From contig SMSO01000004.1 of the NCBI GenBank assembly GCA_004764695.1, positions 868,001 to 932,000 on the forward strand: a stretch of 64,000 nucleotides of DNA, given 5' to 3'. Shown in pieces: positions 1-11,159 of this stretch; the first letter of the stretch is position 1, and each line of letters opens with the position of its first letter. The notes beneath the pieces were generated by a model. The model did not search any database. It was not told the origin of the DNA and saw nothing but the letters and a program-made list of their open reading frames with translations. The stretch is from Schizochytrium sp. TIO01. Its lineage: Eukaryota > Protista > Bigyra: Labyrinthulomycetes. A program made the position numbers and the translations under genes.

Positions 1-3000
1 GTGCGCAACGCTGCTCTGGAACACATGGTGTTTCCTGTTCGTGGAAATTTGCAAAGCCTCCCCAGCAATTCTCTTGTAGGACTTTCAAGCTTTGGCTTCG
101 GAGGAACAAACACGCACACAATTCTGAGAGCTTCTTCAGGTAAAGCTAAGTTTGATTTGTCTCTAGCATCTAGGTCAATCGTATGGACACGAAAAACATT
201 TTTACCTCGTGTTACGAGTGTCAAGTCCCATGGTGGGTGTAACAAAGTGCAGGAAACGTCTACGCGAGTCGAGAACCAACTTAATCCCTCGAATCAGAAA
301 GACGTTCCACAAAGGCATGCCCTCCTATCAGCGGGTTCGCTACCGGAAAATGAATGTCCAACCATGTTTGGGGTTAAATCAAAGCTCCCAACATACGCAC
401 TTTTGGATCTTTTAATTTGGTGTCAACATGACACTCATAAAAACACAAGTGGCTACTTGACTTGGGCCTCACTAAAGCTCCAATCTAGTACAGTAAAGCC
501 CTCACATAAGGTCAAGGTTGGCATGTCAAAGATTACAAGTGGAAGCACCATATTATGTGAGTTTGAAAATGTAACACAATTGCAGCAGTCTCTGTTTGAT
601 GATGGGACGCTTCCAATTATCGTTTCGCAGAATTTTAATTGGGTATCAAGATCACCTGCATGGCTGAAACATTGTCTGGCTCAAGTAGGATGGCGTAAAC
701 CAGACTGGCTTGTTACCGATGTGAAGTCTTCTCTAGACGAAAGAATGCTGCGGCTAACATTTTCAAAGCCACTTCCTCGGCCGAGCGGGTACTTCTGGGT
801 TCCCGAGCTACTGGGCGAATGCGTTATGGCACTTGGATTAGTTCAGGCCAGGAGGCACGAGGTAGACAGTCAATCTAGAGTTGATGTCCCTCCATCGCTG
901 AGTTTTGTAGAAACAATGGTTTGCTCACTTTCCAATATATTATTCCACGTGCAAGATTCTTCATTCGTTGGGCCGCTGGAGTGCACCATTGAAGCAACTC
1001 GTGGCCTTCTTCACATTACTAGCTGTGAAACTGGTCACGTACTTTTTTATCTTAAGGGTGCTCGCTGCGAGTTTGGAAAGGAAATTGGAGAAACAACCTC
1101 CTACGTCCGGCGTTGGATTCCCCATGTGAGGCCATCATTTCCCCGACAGATCACTGGCGATAGCAGATTCACCATGAACGATGTCAAGAAGTATGTACAT
1201 CCTCGGGAGGTGAAAGACAGGGTGGGAGATGAGGCGCTAGAGGTTTACTGCGCACATTATATTAGGCGCGCCCTTTCAATGCTGCCAGCAGGATTTATAC
1301 CCGCCGAACCGCATCTCCAGTTCTTATTAAATAGATGGAAAGATCAATATTCCAATGCTCAAAGTTTTGAGAGTTTGAAAGATATTGAACCCACAGGGGT
1401 GGAATACGAATTTGCTCAGAATTGTGTAGAAGCTCTACCTGAAATCATGCAAGGAAGGCGACCCGCTTTGGATGTCTTATTTTCTAAGCCGGATCTTACA
1501 ACGCGACTGTATAGTGAGTCAACTCCTTCCCTCACCTGCAACAACGCAATTGCACAAGCTGTAAAGGGCATTGCTCAGTCAAAGTATTCATCTGAGGGCG
1601 ATTCAAAGGTTCTCCGCATCCTTGAGTTGGGCGCAGGAACAGGAGGCACAACTATGCATTTGGTCAAATTTTTGAAGTTGCATCAAACGGAATACTTCTT
1701 CACAGATATTTCAGATTACTTCTTACGGCAAGCAGAAGAAACATTCTCAGCATACTCAGACATGATGCGATACACGCTCTTGAATGTCGAAAATTCCCTT
1801 CATGAACAAGGATTTGCAATGCACCAATTTGATGTGATTATTGCATCCAACATCATCCATGCAACACAAGAGCTTCATGTAACTCTTGGTCATATTGCTG
1901 ACCTTTTAGTTCCTGGAGGTTGCTTTCTATTAAATGAAGCCACAATATCAACCGCGTTTCTAGATGCCACGTTTGCGCTCACAAGTGGATGGTGGCGATT
2001 CGCAGAAGCTAATGATCCGGCTCGACCAGAACGTCATGGCCCGCTTCTCTCTCCACAGAAATGGTTTTCTGTCCTAAAAGAAAATGGATTCACACAAACG
2101 GAAGTCATTCATGAGGCTGCTCAAGGTCAAGCTGTAATTTGTGGCATTCGTAATTCAGTGTTTTCGACTCCAACCATATCAACATCGTATTCAAATGAAC
2201 TTTGCGTTATTGGGAATGGCTCACTTGCTAATGCCCTTAAAGCTTCATCCGACGGTCATGAAGGAGTTGAGCCAGTATATGTTTTGGTACCTCCTGCTGA
2301 CAACAGCTTTGAATTGCAGAAGTTCTTTGATGTCCTAAAGTCCTTAGCTTCAGGAAAACTTCGTACCAGTAAATTAATTATTGTGACGCGCCGCGACAAA
2401 AACCCATGGCATGGTGCTCTTTGGGGAATCACGAGAAGCATGATGCTTGAGAGTATAGACATTCAGCAACTAATTTGCATGGATATCGATGACCACACTT
2501 CATTTCCAAGCGTTGTCCAAGCGGTGCATTATGAAATTAATGCGCCACAATGCCCCTCGCATATCCTGCAACTCCGTTTCATTCGTGGAGAACGGCATGA
2601 AGCAGAGCTCCATGGATTGAAAGCTATCGCATCTCCTAGTGCTTCGAAATTGCGAGGAACGTATGTAATTACTGGTGGTCTTGGAGGTCTCGGGCTATTG
2701 ACGGCTGCAATCCTACTGCGCCAAGGTCTGAGAAATTTGGTTCTTGTATCACGATCCGGTAAACTCCGACGAGATGACGCAAGCGCCTGTATCGAGAAAC
2801 AGCTCCTTGAGGAGATCAAAAGCTACAACGATGCAACGGTGCGCTTTATCGCATGTAATGTCCGTTCTCGGGAATCATTAGAAGAAAACGTTTTTGATAT
2901 TATTGATAGAGATACCAAATTGCCTCCAGTGAAGGGCATTGTACACGCGGCTGGTATTTTAAGTAACCATTCATTGTCAGCCATGGACTGGTCAGAAAAT

Positions 3001-4659
3001 TTCTCTCCAGTTTATGAAACAAAAGCAACATCGGCATGGAATCTTGATATAATTGCACGTGAACGACAATACGAACTGGACCATTTTGTTTTGTACTCAT
3101 CAGCTGCAAGTACGTTTGGATCTGCTGGTCAGTCGAATCATGCAGCTGCAAATGAGGTTATGGACGCAATCATAGAGAAGCGGTGCTTGAATGGTCTCTG
3201 TGGAGTTTCTGTCCAATGGGGCGGCTGGGATGATCTCGGAGCTGCCGTGGCTTCTAGTAAAGCTCAAAGCACCATTTTGGCACGTGGTATGGGGCTCATT
3301 TCCATTGAAAATGGCACTCGATCAATTATAGATTTGTTCTCTTCCGCATTTCAGGAGCCTGTCTTTGGTGTAAGTATTGTATTTTGGGACTCTTTCGGGC
3401 CTCAGCAGGTTGATCGTTTGTTTCTCAAGAGATATGCGAAACTACCAACGTCTGAAAAAGGTAGGAAGGAAGCTCTTGCAACAGAAGATACAACGACGTT
3501 TGAGCATTCTTCATCTTTAAGTGCCACAACTGAACTTGTTGCAAGTCTACTTCAGGACTGTGGTATCGCTGACATGGATGTACCCCTGTCTGATCAGGGG
3601 CTGGACTCTCTCACTTCTATTGAGTTAATAGGCTTGGTTCAACAGCACAAAGGCGTTAAGCTCTCGCCCACGTTCTACTTAGATTGTGTAAATGGTCACG
3701 GACTGGCTCGTATGCTTGAAAACTTGTGCAATTCATGCTCCACAACCTCCAACAAGGCTTCCCAAAACATTGGAGATTCAGTACCAGCAACAGCAACAAG
3801 CAACAAGCAATCAACTCTAGAGAACTCTTTGTGGATCGAGCCTTTATTTGCTCCGACAATGAGATTGTACTGTTTTGCGTATGCTGGAGGCCACCCCAAC
3901 GTCTTTCGTGAATGGACATTTCACATTCCTGCAAACGTACAGATTTGTCCAATCGCAATGCCAGGGTATGGCAAACAAACCAACCGCGCGTTCTGGAAAT
4001 CTGTGAGGGAGCTTTCTGCAAACATCACCTCTTCAATTCCCACAGATGTTCCCTTTGCCCTCGCAGGTTCTTGCCTTGGAGCTATCATATCATTTGAGGT
4101 TGCAAGATCCTTGCGAAATGCTGGAAAGCGTCTCCCTTTACACCATTTTGCCATAGCTTGCAGTGCACCACAGGACTACTCTCGAGCATTACGCCTGCTC
4201 TATAGTAACCGTCTCAAAGAGAACGCATTTTTCGTACCCTCTGAAGAATCGGATGCTGCGGTGAGATTTCAAGACCTGTCGATTCAAGAGCGGGACGACA
4301 CTGTTCGTGACCTACATCAGCTCGGTTTCTTCAAAGATGAAGAAACTTTAGCTAATTTAACTCAGAATCAGGTCTATTTTGAGTACGTTATGGCACAGAT
4401 TGCAGGACAAATGCAACTTGCGGAACGATATGTATACGACCAAACAGTCCAGCCGTCCAATATACCTGTTACTGCAATCAGTGGAAAGCTTGATGACACA
4501 ATTCCTGAAGACTGGCCAAAGTCATGGGAAACGCATACACGAAAAGCTAGCTCGTTTCGACATGTTGAAATCAAGGATGGTGGGCACTATATTATTCAGA
4601 CGCATGTGCAGGAAGTGACAGCGATCATTTTAGAAGATCTTTCTAAATACCACTTATAG
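1..4659 (+). CDS. Type I polyketide synthase, 5'-truncated terminal module: KS C-terminus, (no AT), C-methyltransferase, KR, ACP, thioesterase
   Basis: ORF runs off the window start. Motifs: KS C-terminal GLSSFGFGGTNTHTIL; SAM-binding ILELGAGTGG (~1615-1647) with FTDIS, FDVIIASNIIHAT and LLVPGG; KR YVITGGLGGLG, HAAG and GQSNHAAAN; ACP GLDSL (3598-3612); TE LYCFAYAGG, GSCLG and GGHY. Confidence 0.95.
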   Translation: MRNAALEHMVFPVRGNLQSLPSNSLVGLSSFGFGGTNTHTILRASSGKAKFDLSLASRSIVWTRKTFLPRVTSVKSHGGCNKVQETSTRVENQLNPSNQKDVPQRHALLSAGSLPENECPTMFGVKSKLPTYALLDLLIWCQHDTHKNTSGYLTWASLKLQSSTVKPSHKVKVGMSKITSGSTILCEFENVTQLQQSLFDDGTLPIIVSQNFNWVSRSPAWLKHCLAQVGWRKPDWLVTDVKSSLDERMLRLTFSKPLPRPSGYFWVPELLGECVMALGLVQARRHEVDSQSRVDVPPSLSFVETMVCSLSNILFHVQDSSFVGPLECTIEATRGLLHITSCETGHVLFYLKGARCEFGKEIGETTSYVRRWIPHVRPSFPRQITGDSRFTMNDVKKYVHPREVKDRVGDEALEVYCAHYIRRALSMLPAGFIPAEPHLQFLLNRWKDQYSNAQSFESLKDIEPTGVEYEFAQNCVEALPEIMQGRRPALDVLFSKPDLTTRLYSESTPSLTCNNAIAQAVKGIAQSKYSSEGDSKVLRILELGAGTGGTTMHLVKFLKLHQTEYFFTDISDYFLRQAEETFSAYSDMMRYTLLNVENSLHEQGFAMHQFDVIIASNIIHATQELHVTLGHIADLLVPGGCFLLNEATISTAFLDATFALTSGWWRFAEANDPARPERHGPLLSPQKWFSVLKENGFTQTEVIHEAAQGQAVICGIRNSVFSTPTISTSYSNELCVIGNGSLANALKASSDGHEGVEPVYVLVPPADNSFELQKFFDVLKSLASGKLRTSKLIIVTRRDKNPWHGALWGITRSMMLESIDIQQLICMDIDDHTSFPSVVQAVHYEINAPQCPSHILQLRFIRGERHEAELHGLKAIASPSASKLRGTYVITGGLGGLGLLTAAILLRQGLRNLVLVSRSGKLRRDDASACIEKQLLEEIKSYNDATVRFIACNVRSRESLEENVFDIIDRDTKLPPVKGIVHAAGILSNHSLSAMDWSENFSPVYETKATSAWNLDIIARERQYELDHFVLYSSAASTFGSAGQSNHAAANEVMDAIIEKRCLNGLCGVSVQWGGWDDLGAAVASSKAQSTILARGMGLISIENGTRSIIDLFSSAFQEPVFGVSIVFWDSFGPQQVDRLFLKRYAKLPTSEKGRKEALATEDTTTFEHSSSLSATTELVASLLQDCGIADMDVPLSDQGLDSLTSIELIGLVQQHKGVKLSPTFYLDCVNGHGLARMLENLCNSCSTTSNKASQNIGDSVPATATSNKQSTLENSLWIEPLFAPTMRLYCFAYAGGHPNVFREWTFHIPANVQICPIAMPGYGKQTNRAFWKSVRELSANITSSIPTDVPFALAGSCLGAIISFEVARSLRNAGKRLPLHHFAIACSAPQDYSRALRLLYSNRLKENAFFVPSEESDAAVRFQDLSIQERDDTVRDLHQLGFFKDEETLANLTQNQVYFEYVMAQIAGQMQLAERYVYDQTVQPSNIPVTAISGKLDDTIPEDWPKSWETHTRKASSFRHVEIKDGGHYIIQTHVQEVTAIILEDLSKYHL

Positions 4660-5010
4660 TTTCCTTATTATGGCGCTCCTGTCGCAACAAGTAACTGCAG
4701 AGTAAATTTCTAAAATTGATCAAAACAGTTTTTAAAAAATTCTACTCCAAAATTTAGCAAGAGACTTTATTTTACTAGAAATCATGGAATTAGTTCGACA
4801 CTTGATACTTTAGATCACAACTAAAAGTAAATACAGCTTATAGTTTTCCTATCATGGCTCCTGTCGCTACAAGAAACTGCAAAGTAAATTTCGAAAATTG
4901 ATCAAAAGTTTTTTACTCCAAAATTTAGCAAGAGACTTTGTTTTACTATATCTGACTTTAGAGAAATCATGGAATTAGTTCGATGCTTGATACTTTAAAC
5001 TACAACTAAA
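4644..5010. repeat. Diverged direct tandem duplication, two copies of ~184 bp, including the PKS stop-codon region
   Basis: Copy 1 (4644-4827) and copy 2 (4828-5010) share TAAATAC..CTTATAGTTT, CTCCTGTCGC, AAATTGATCAAAA, TACTCCAAAATTTAGCAAGAGACTTT, AGAAATCATGGAATTAGTTCGA, CTTGATACTTTA and ACAACTAAA. Confidence 0.9.
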
Positions 5011-5179
5011 CATTTTTATGACGAAGATATACAACATGATGAAATATCGGTTTATAAAATGTAGTTGGAATAAGATTCTATCAAATGAAAGGATATGAAA
5101 CGCATATCAAGATATATAGCCTTGTTTGTGACTGTATGTGAAATGGTAGAGAGTGTGTTTCGCTTTTATGAAAAGTCGC

Positions 5180-6463
5180 TTATCCCTCCTGAGCGACAGG
5201 ATCATTCGCAGGCTTTGCTGCTGCTGGTTTGGTGGATGATTTTGACGGCGCAGGCATATCCATAGCTGCAAGCGATTTGCGCATTCGTGCAACAGCTTTA
5301 ATACCATTTACAGCGTTCTTGAACTTGCGTGTAGCATTATATTCCCGAAGTTTGTCCAGGTTTGCTGTAAGGTTGGAGTTGGAGTCGCCTACGAGCCATT
5401 TGTGTTTGAGTACCTCTGAGATAGTAGGACGCTCGACCGGATTTGTGACAAGCATAAAGTCGATAAAATCCTTTGCATCTTTGGAAACATTGTCCCAATA
5501 TGGCGAGGGAAACTCGTACTTGCCACGCTTAATTTGACGAAATAACTCGGCATTATTTGGGTGATAGAACGGCGGAAACCCACAAAGAAGAATGTAGGCA
5601 ATAACACCAAAGCTCCAGACGTCGACCTTGAAATCATACTTGTCGCCCTGAAGGATTTCTGGTGCGACGTAGCCAGGGGTACCACATGCTGTCTTCATGA
5701 AGGGCTCTTCCTTACAAACTTTAGCGAGACCAAAATCTGCCAGCTTGACAACAGCATCATCTGTGTTGTCCGAGTACAGAAGATTTTCGGGCTTAAGGTC
5801 ACGATGAACCACGTCCTGGGAGTGACAGTACTCTAGAGCTTCTGCAATACGGGTCAGGTCTCGACGTGCCATACGTTCTTCATAGTGCTCCTTCTCCACA
5901 ATTCTATCAAACATTTCTCCGCCCATCATTAGCTCCATCACAAGATATACATTTTTCTTGGAACGATATGTTTCATACAGTTTGCAAATGTTTGGATGAT
6001 CCATATCATATAGGATCTGCATCTCAGTTTCAAGAGCTGCAGCATCCTCTGCTTTCATTGTCAGCAGGTTCATAATTTTCACAGCTCTGACAACATTTTT
6101 GTCTTCCTTAAGGGTGCAAATTTTAACTGTTGCAAAGCTGCCGGTGCCCAATGTCTTACTAACACGATATCTTTTCGAAAACTCCTGCATATAGAATGTC
6201 ACATAGAATACAGCAAATTTAATCATTGTTGATTTCATTGAACACAGTTAGTTTAACCCTTATTTCATGCTCAAGTTATTGCACTAGTGTTGGCGATCAG
6301 TCCAATTGCCAATTCAGCCTCGCGCGTTGCTCCCTTTGTATGAATTGGCAAGTCCTCGAGTGCATTTATTTTTCGTAGATACCTGCTGTTTGACCCCAAC
6401 CTCAATCGGTCCACACAAATTGCTGCAAGAACTTACATCCGTGTTGAAGAAGAAGGAAGGCAT
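5180..6463 (-). CDS. Ca2+/calmodulin-dependent (CaMK1-like) Ser/Thr kinase; 2 exons (6463-6437, 6184-5180)
   Basis: Kinase motifs GTGSFATV, AVK, HRDLKPEN, DFG, GTPGYVAPE, DVWSFG; C-terminal CaM-binding-like YNATRKFKNAV. An upstream exon MPSFFFNTD ends at a GTAAGT donor (6436) and joins in phase 0 to a TATGCAG acceptor (6185), continuing EFSKRY. Confidence 0.93.
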
Positions 6464-9193
6464 TGTTTACCTTCAGCCGCCCGAGCTGTGAAACGACCAA
6501 GTTCCTAGTTTGTAGCGCAGCCCCTGCTGCGGAGGACGATCACGGCCGATGCCAGAGTCAACGAAGTCTTCGCTCTCAGGCAATGAGCTCACAATGCTAC
6601 TTTGCTTCCTATTTATGGAGGCCGTGGGCGTAGTAGCGTCGGTACTGAAACTACGCTACCCTCACTTTGATATTGTATTTATTATTGTCCGAAAATATGT
6701 ACAAAAAAATCACTCGCAAGGGCAACGATCACAGTGCGAGAGGCGCCCTGTTCTGCATACGTTTAAAAATAGCTTAACCTGCTGTAACGGAGGAATTGTT
6801 TGATGCTTGCCATAAATTTGCTTACCAAAGCTTATAATTTAAGATGCCGCAAGGAATTGAATTTAACAGTATGTCTCCTTCTTGAAAGGGCCTGAAAAGG
6901 TGTGAAAGAACGAAAGAAGGATTTAAAAAAGTTAGAATGGATTTTGGTAAGCATTTAGCTTAGTATAAAGCTTGTTAACAACTATGAAGGACAGTGCTGT
7001 CCACCCAGGAACGTGAACTCAGCACTGTAATTCTTTTGCAGAGCTGCTTATGAAGGTAAATTGATCAAAATCGGTATTGCAATAATTGAATATTCCGCGC
7101 CGTAGTATAGATCGTCACCAGCTGATTGATTTCCGTCGACCTCCGCGCTCCTGAAGCAGTACACACTTTTGAAAAAAGCCTTCTCCCCTACAAATCCGTT
7201 GACCTGTATTGTTCGCGGTCGTGTCGCATCTCACATTTGCATGAAAAACTTATAATTTACTTTAATTTACTGCTAGGTATTTTGTTATTCGTTCATTCTT
7301 ACTTTTAGTTATTATTATATTATTTATTGAAAGAAAGTTGATTTTACGCTTGGCAGTGTAAACCTGCAGAATTTCACTTGATTGTATTATAGATTAACCA
7401 GGTTGCAAAGCGTGCGTCGATATCAGCAAAACAAATGTTGTTCATTCATTCATTCATTCACTTATTCATTCCAATTCCGATTCCAGAGCCTGTTTTTCCT
7501 CCCGAAGATGGATTCTGACCCACGAGAATGTCCAAGAATTGGTTCTTCTGGACATCTTGGGATACTTATCATTTGGAGTGTCATGAATGGGTCATCAAGC
7601 CCTCTAGGGAACAAAGCAAAGAAGTAAGCTTTAATAGAGGGATCTCCGGATGCAAAGCTTCGAAACTTCGATTTTGGTGTTTTGGAAACTGCAATTAGAA
7701 CATCCAGTCTGAGGTGGAGTTTACTGCAAGCAAGTACGCAAATAGTGTTAAGTATTTCGAAGGCTATCGATTGCCTTAGTGAACTAAGGCCGGGGAGAAA
7801 AAGAATAATATGCTATCTCAAATTTTTCAGGAAGCTGCGTGGGTGATTAAAGGTTCCCTACACTTGGAAACAAGCGGCGACCCTGTACGAGAGGCGGGGG
7901 ATCTGCATAACATCGCTCACTGCGAGTATGGCTTCTGATGACATCATGCTGTGATTAATGAAATCTCCAAACATTGCTTAGAGCATCCGTTGCAGCATAG
8001 GTCACAGCAGGTGAACCTCTCCCAGATAGTAGGATAGTTCCGTTGAGCTCTTTTGTTAGTCCAACCGAAGCATTTGATGTTTCGCATCTGGCAAACCAGC
8101 CGTGTATTTATGTGCATGCCTCATGCCTATCATTCATTGCACTGTGCACCAGCTTTTGATATGAAATTGAACGTGGATTCATCCTCTACTTCAGCATGAT
8201 TGTTTGTTTTCTTTTGGTTGGCATCCCACTCCAAAAGTTTTGTAGAAGAATCCTCCTCTTGAAAATAAACTTTCTCGTAGTAATTAGAACAGGTCGCATA
8301 GACTGGCGTTTCAATATCTCTTTTGGAAACACAGCTGCGTAGATCCAGAGGGACAGAGATTAGGTAATCCTAATGGATAACCATGATGTCTGAAATAAGC
8401 CAGAAATATTTAGTTTGGTCAGTTCTTTAATCAACCAAGACTGACAATGAGTTAGTCCACTGTTGTGGATAGAAAGCTATCATATTTGATCCATGTTTTT
8501 CACTTATCAGAACAACCTTAATGATATCAAAGTTTCCTGTCTCTTTTGCGATAATGCGAGCACATATCTTGGTAGGTCGCCAACATTTCAACACCCTTCT
8601 GCCTGCAAAAGATACCTCCTGTACTACCTATGAGATTATTACTCAGGCTATTCAACTATACATTTAAAAAAGAATAAATGGAACCACTGGCGACTACAAA
8701 ACCAAATAAAAAAATAGGAATTGAATCCTCAAATTGTGAAGCTTTATACAATTTTGAAAGGTTAGTAAAACAGTGGTGAGTATCAGCCGCTGATCCTAAC
8801 GAGTAAATTGGGAAATGCTTCTTCGTCAACTCACTGCGGTTGTAGCCGGCGTGCGCGCAATTCTGTGGTTTAAACATTCCTTCCCAACCTCTATTATTAT
8901 CATAATAACAATGACTAATTTGATTAAAAACAATTTTCTTTCCTTTTTTAAATTAAAATCCACATCAAGTTGCCCAAATAAAAAAGTTTTCAAGTCAATT
9001 GTTCTTTATACATTGACGTTCTCTAGGTTGCAAGCGCCGACTCTATCATGTCAAGCCCAGATGAGCCTTGCTGAAGCCACGAGTCACAAGCGAGTTGAGA
9101 GAGCTTTGAGAAAAAAAAATACGAGTGCAGCAGCAACCTTCCCGTGGTGTCCAGATCACGGCAAGCTCAACTTTGAGATCTCCGGGTCAAACG

Positions 9194-10894
9194 ATGTCTT
9201 CCTTCAGCGTTCGCTCAGTATCCTCCTCGCCAGTGGCACGAAGGCCTGCTCCAAAGAGCTCTTTGGTTCATAGTTCCTTTGAGAAAATTGCAAACAACCA
9301 GAGCAGCAGTGTTGTTGACAAAACAGAGGGTGTCAAAAGAAATGAAACCAATGAGTATCACCAAAGTGGTCACAACAAGAATGCCAGACCTGAGACGCCT
9401 GCGAACCGGCTAAGCCAGGACGAATGCGGTGCTGACTCTACAACTCGATCTGCTGCGTTAAGAATGTGCGTATCGTTCTCAGCGCTCATGGCAGCGAATT
9501 ATATGCTACAGTCTGTGCGGGATGCGCAGTTAATGTTCGTTGGTAAGAGCCTGAGCTCCAAGCTCCTTACGCTCTCTACGGCCTTCTCCTTCTTTGTCGG
9601 TCCTTTTGCAAAAGTAAGTCAAGATACCAGCCCTTTGGCCCATGATTGCGCCATGCTAAATGTGGGCAAATAAACTAATCTGTTTAGCTTTCGTACATAA
9701 AACGTCTCGTAGCGAATTGCGCATCCTACAATTGAAGCAACAGCTCATGCAATAATGCACTCGTACAGGCTGTATGCTGTGATTTTAATTTGTGGAACCT
9801 TGATAGATATGAGCTCGCAGCGCGTACTTGAGGAGAAGGGAAATTCGATTAACATTTTTGTTTCAGCGTTTTATGTCTTAACCCAGACTTTGAATAATCT
9901 TTCGATATCTGTCCTTTGGAGCTTCTCGTCAGATATTCTACCTATCAAAGGTGCAGTGGTTTATTTTAGCATGTTTGGTGCCGCATGTACAATTGGACAA
10001 GCGTTCGGATCACTGCTCGCCCAAACACTTCTCGAATACTTTGACTTTCCTGTACGATTTTTGCTCCCTCTTATAGCCGTCTTCCTAGAGATATCCTCGC
10101 AGTGTGCAATGCTTGCTGCACAGTTTCACAAACACCAAACAAAGACCAACTCTAATAAAGAACATGCTACACCAGACATCACAAACCGCCCTTCTCTAAT
10201 TCCCATCTCAGCATGGGCTTCGTCCTGGCTCATCGAAACAAAGCATGCAGTACGTATTTTAACCGTGGACCCTTTCAATATTTGGCTAAGCATAAGCACA
10301 GTCTGCTACTCCGCCACACTCTCCTTCATCTATCTTGAACGTACTGTGTTGGCAAGTTCAAACAACCTCTCTGTAGAAGACGGGGCAGCCCTCTCCGCGC
10401 GAATCAGTTTAGTTGCTTCAATCTTAACCTTTGGTCTACAAATCGGGTTTTCAACAAGTACTTTTGCAAAGTACTTAGGCGTACAGTGGGGCTTGCTTGC
10501 AGGCCCTGTAGTTACAATCTTGGGTTTTTTGCTACTTTACACCCAGGTTATTCCCCCACTCCAAGCAATCGTCATTTTTGAGCTTTTCCGTCGTGTTACT
10601 TCCTTTGGCATTAGTAAGCCTGTGCGCGAGTCACTTTACGCCATCATGCCCCGAGAGTCAAAATTTGCTGTGAAAAGTGTAATGGACACAGTTGTATACC
10701 GCGGTGGAATGGGTCTTGGCGCTATGGTTTTCGACTGGGTTTCCCAAAACAGTCACAACGATGTCTCCAACCCTGATTCCACGATGACCACTGCCGAATT
10801 GGCCCTGCATATCATCACCTTCTTATTGTGGGCTTTTGCTGCGCAGAGTCTTGCTTCCACTCACGCACGCAGAGTCTATGCAGCACATGTCTAG
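9194..10894 (+). CDS. MFS transporter of the NTT/TLC (ATP/ADP translocase-like) group; 2 exons (9194-9613, 9713-10894)
   Basis: Multiple TM helices; YMLQSVRD near the N-terminus and KPVRESLY...KFAVKSVMDTVVYRGG near the C-terminus, resembling bacterial NTT-like MFS proteins. A GTAAGT donor at 9614, an ACTAAT branch-like site and a CGTAG acceptor at 9712 join the two ORFs in phase 0. Confidence 0.8.
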
Positions 10895-11159
10895 CAGTCT
10901 CCTCTATTACAACCCTCACGCCCACACCATCGCTTCTGTCTAATCCAAGTGACCACCTCCCCCGTAGGTCCTCCGGTACCATAAAATAGTACCTAGTGTA
11001 AATCTCTATTTGCTATTCCGTCCTATTACTTTGTGATCACTGCAGTAGTAGAAAGACGAAACCAAAGCGAAAGCGTCATTTCGAAGCTTGCTGCGCTTTG
11101 CTGGGTGGCATTGAAGGAGGTTGATTGTCAGTGTGCGAAGCAAAGACCGTCTTCTGAAA

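Noticed and set aside
4644-5010. Repeat considered as a CRISPR array or LTR pair
   Set aside because: Only two adjacent long copies, with no spacers, internal region or target-site duplication.
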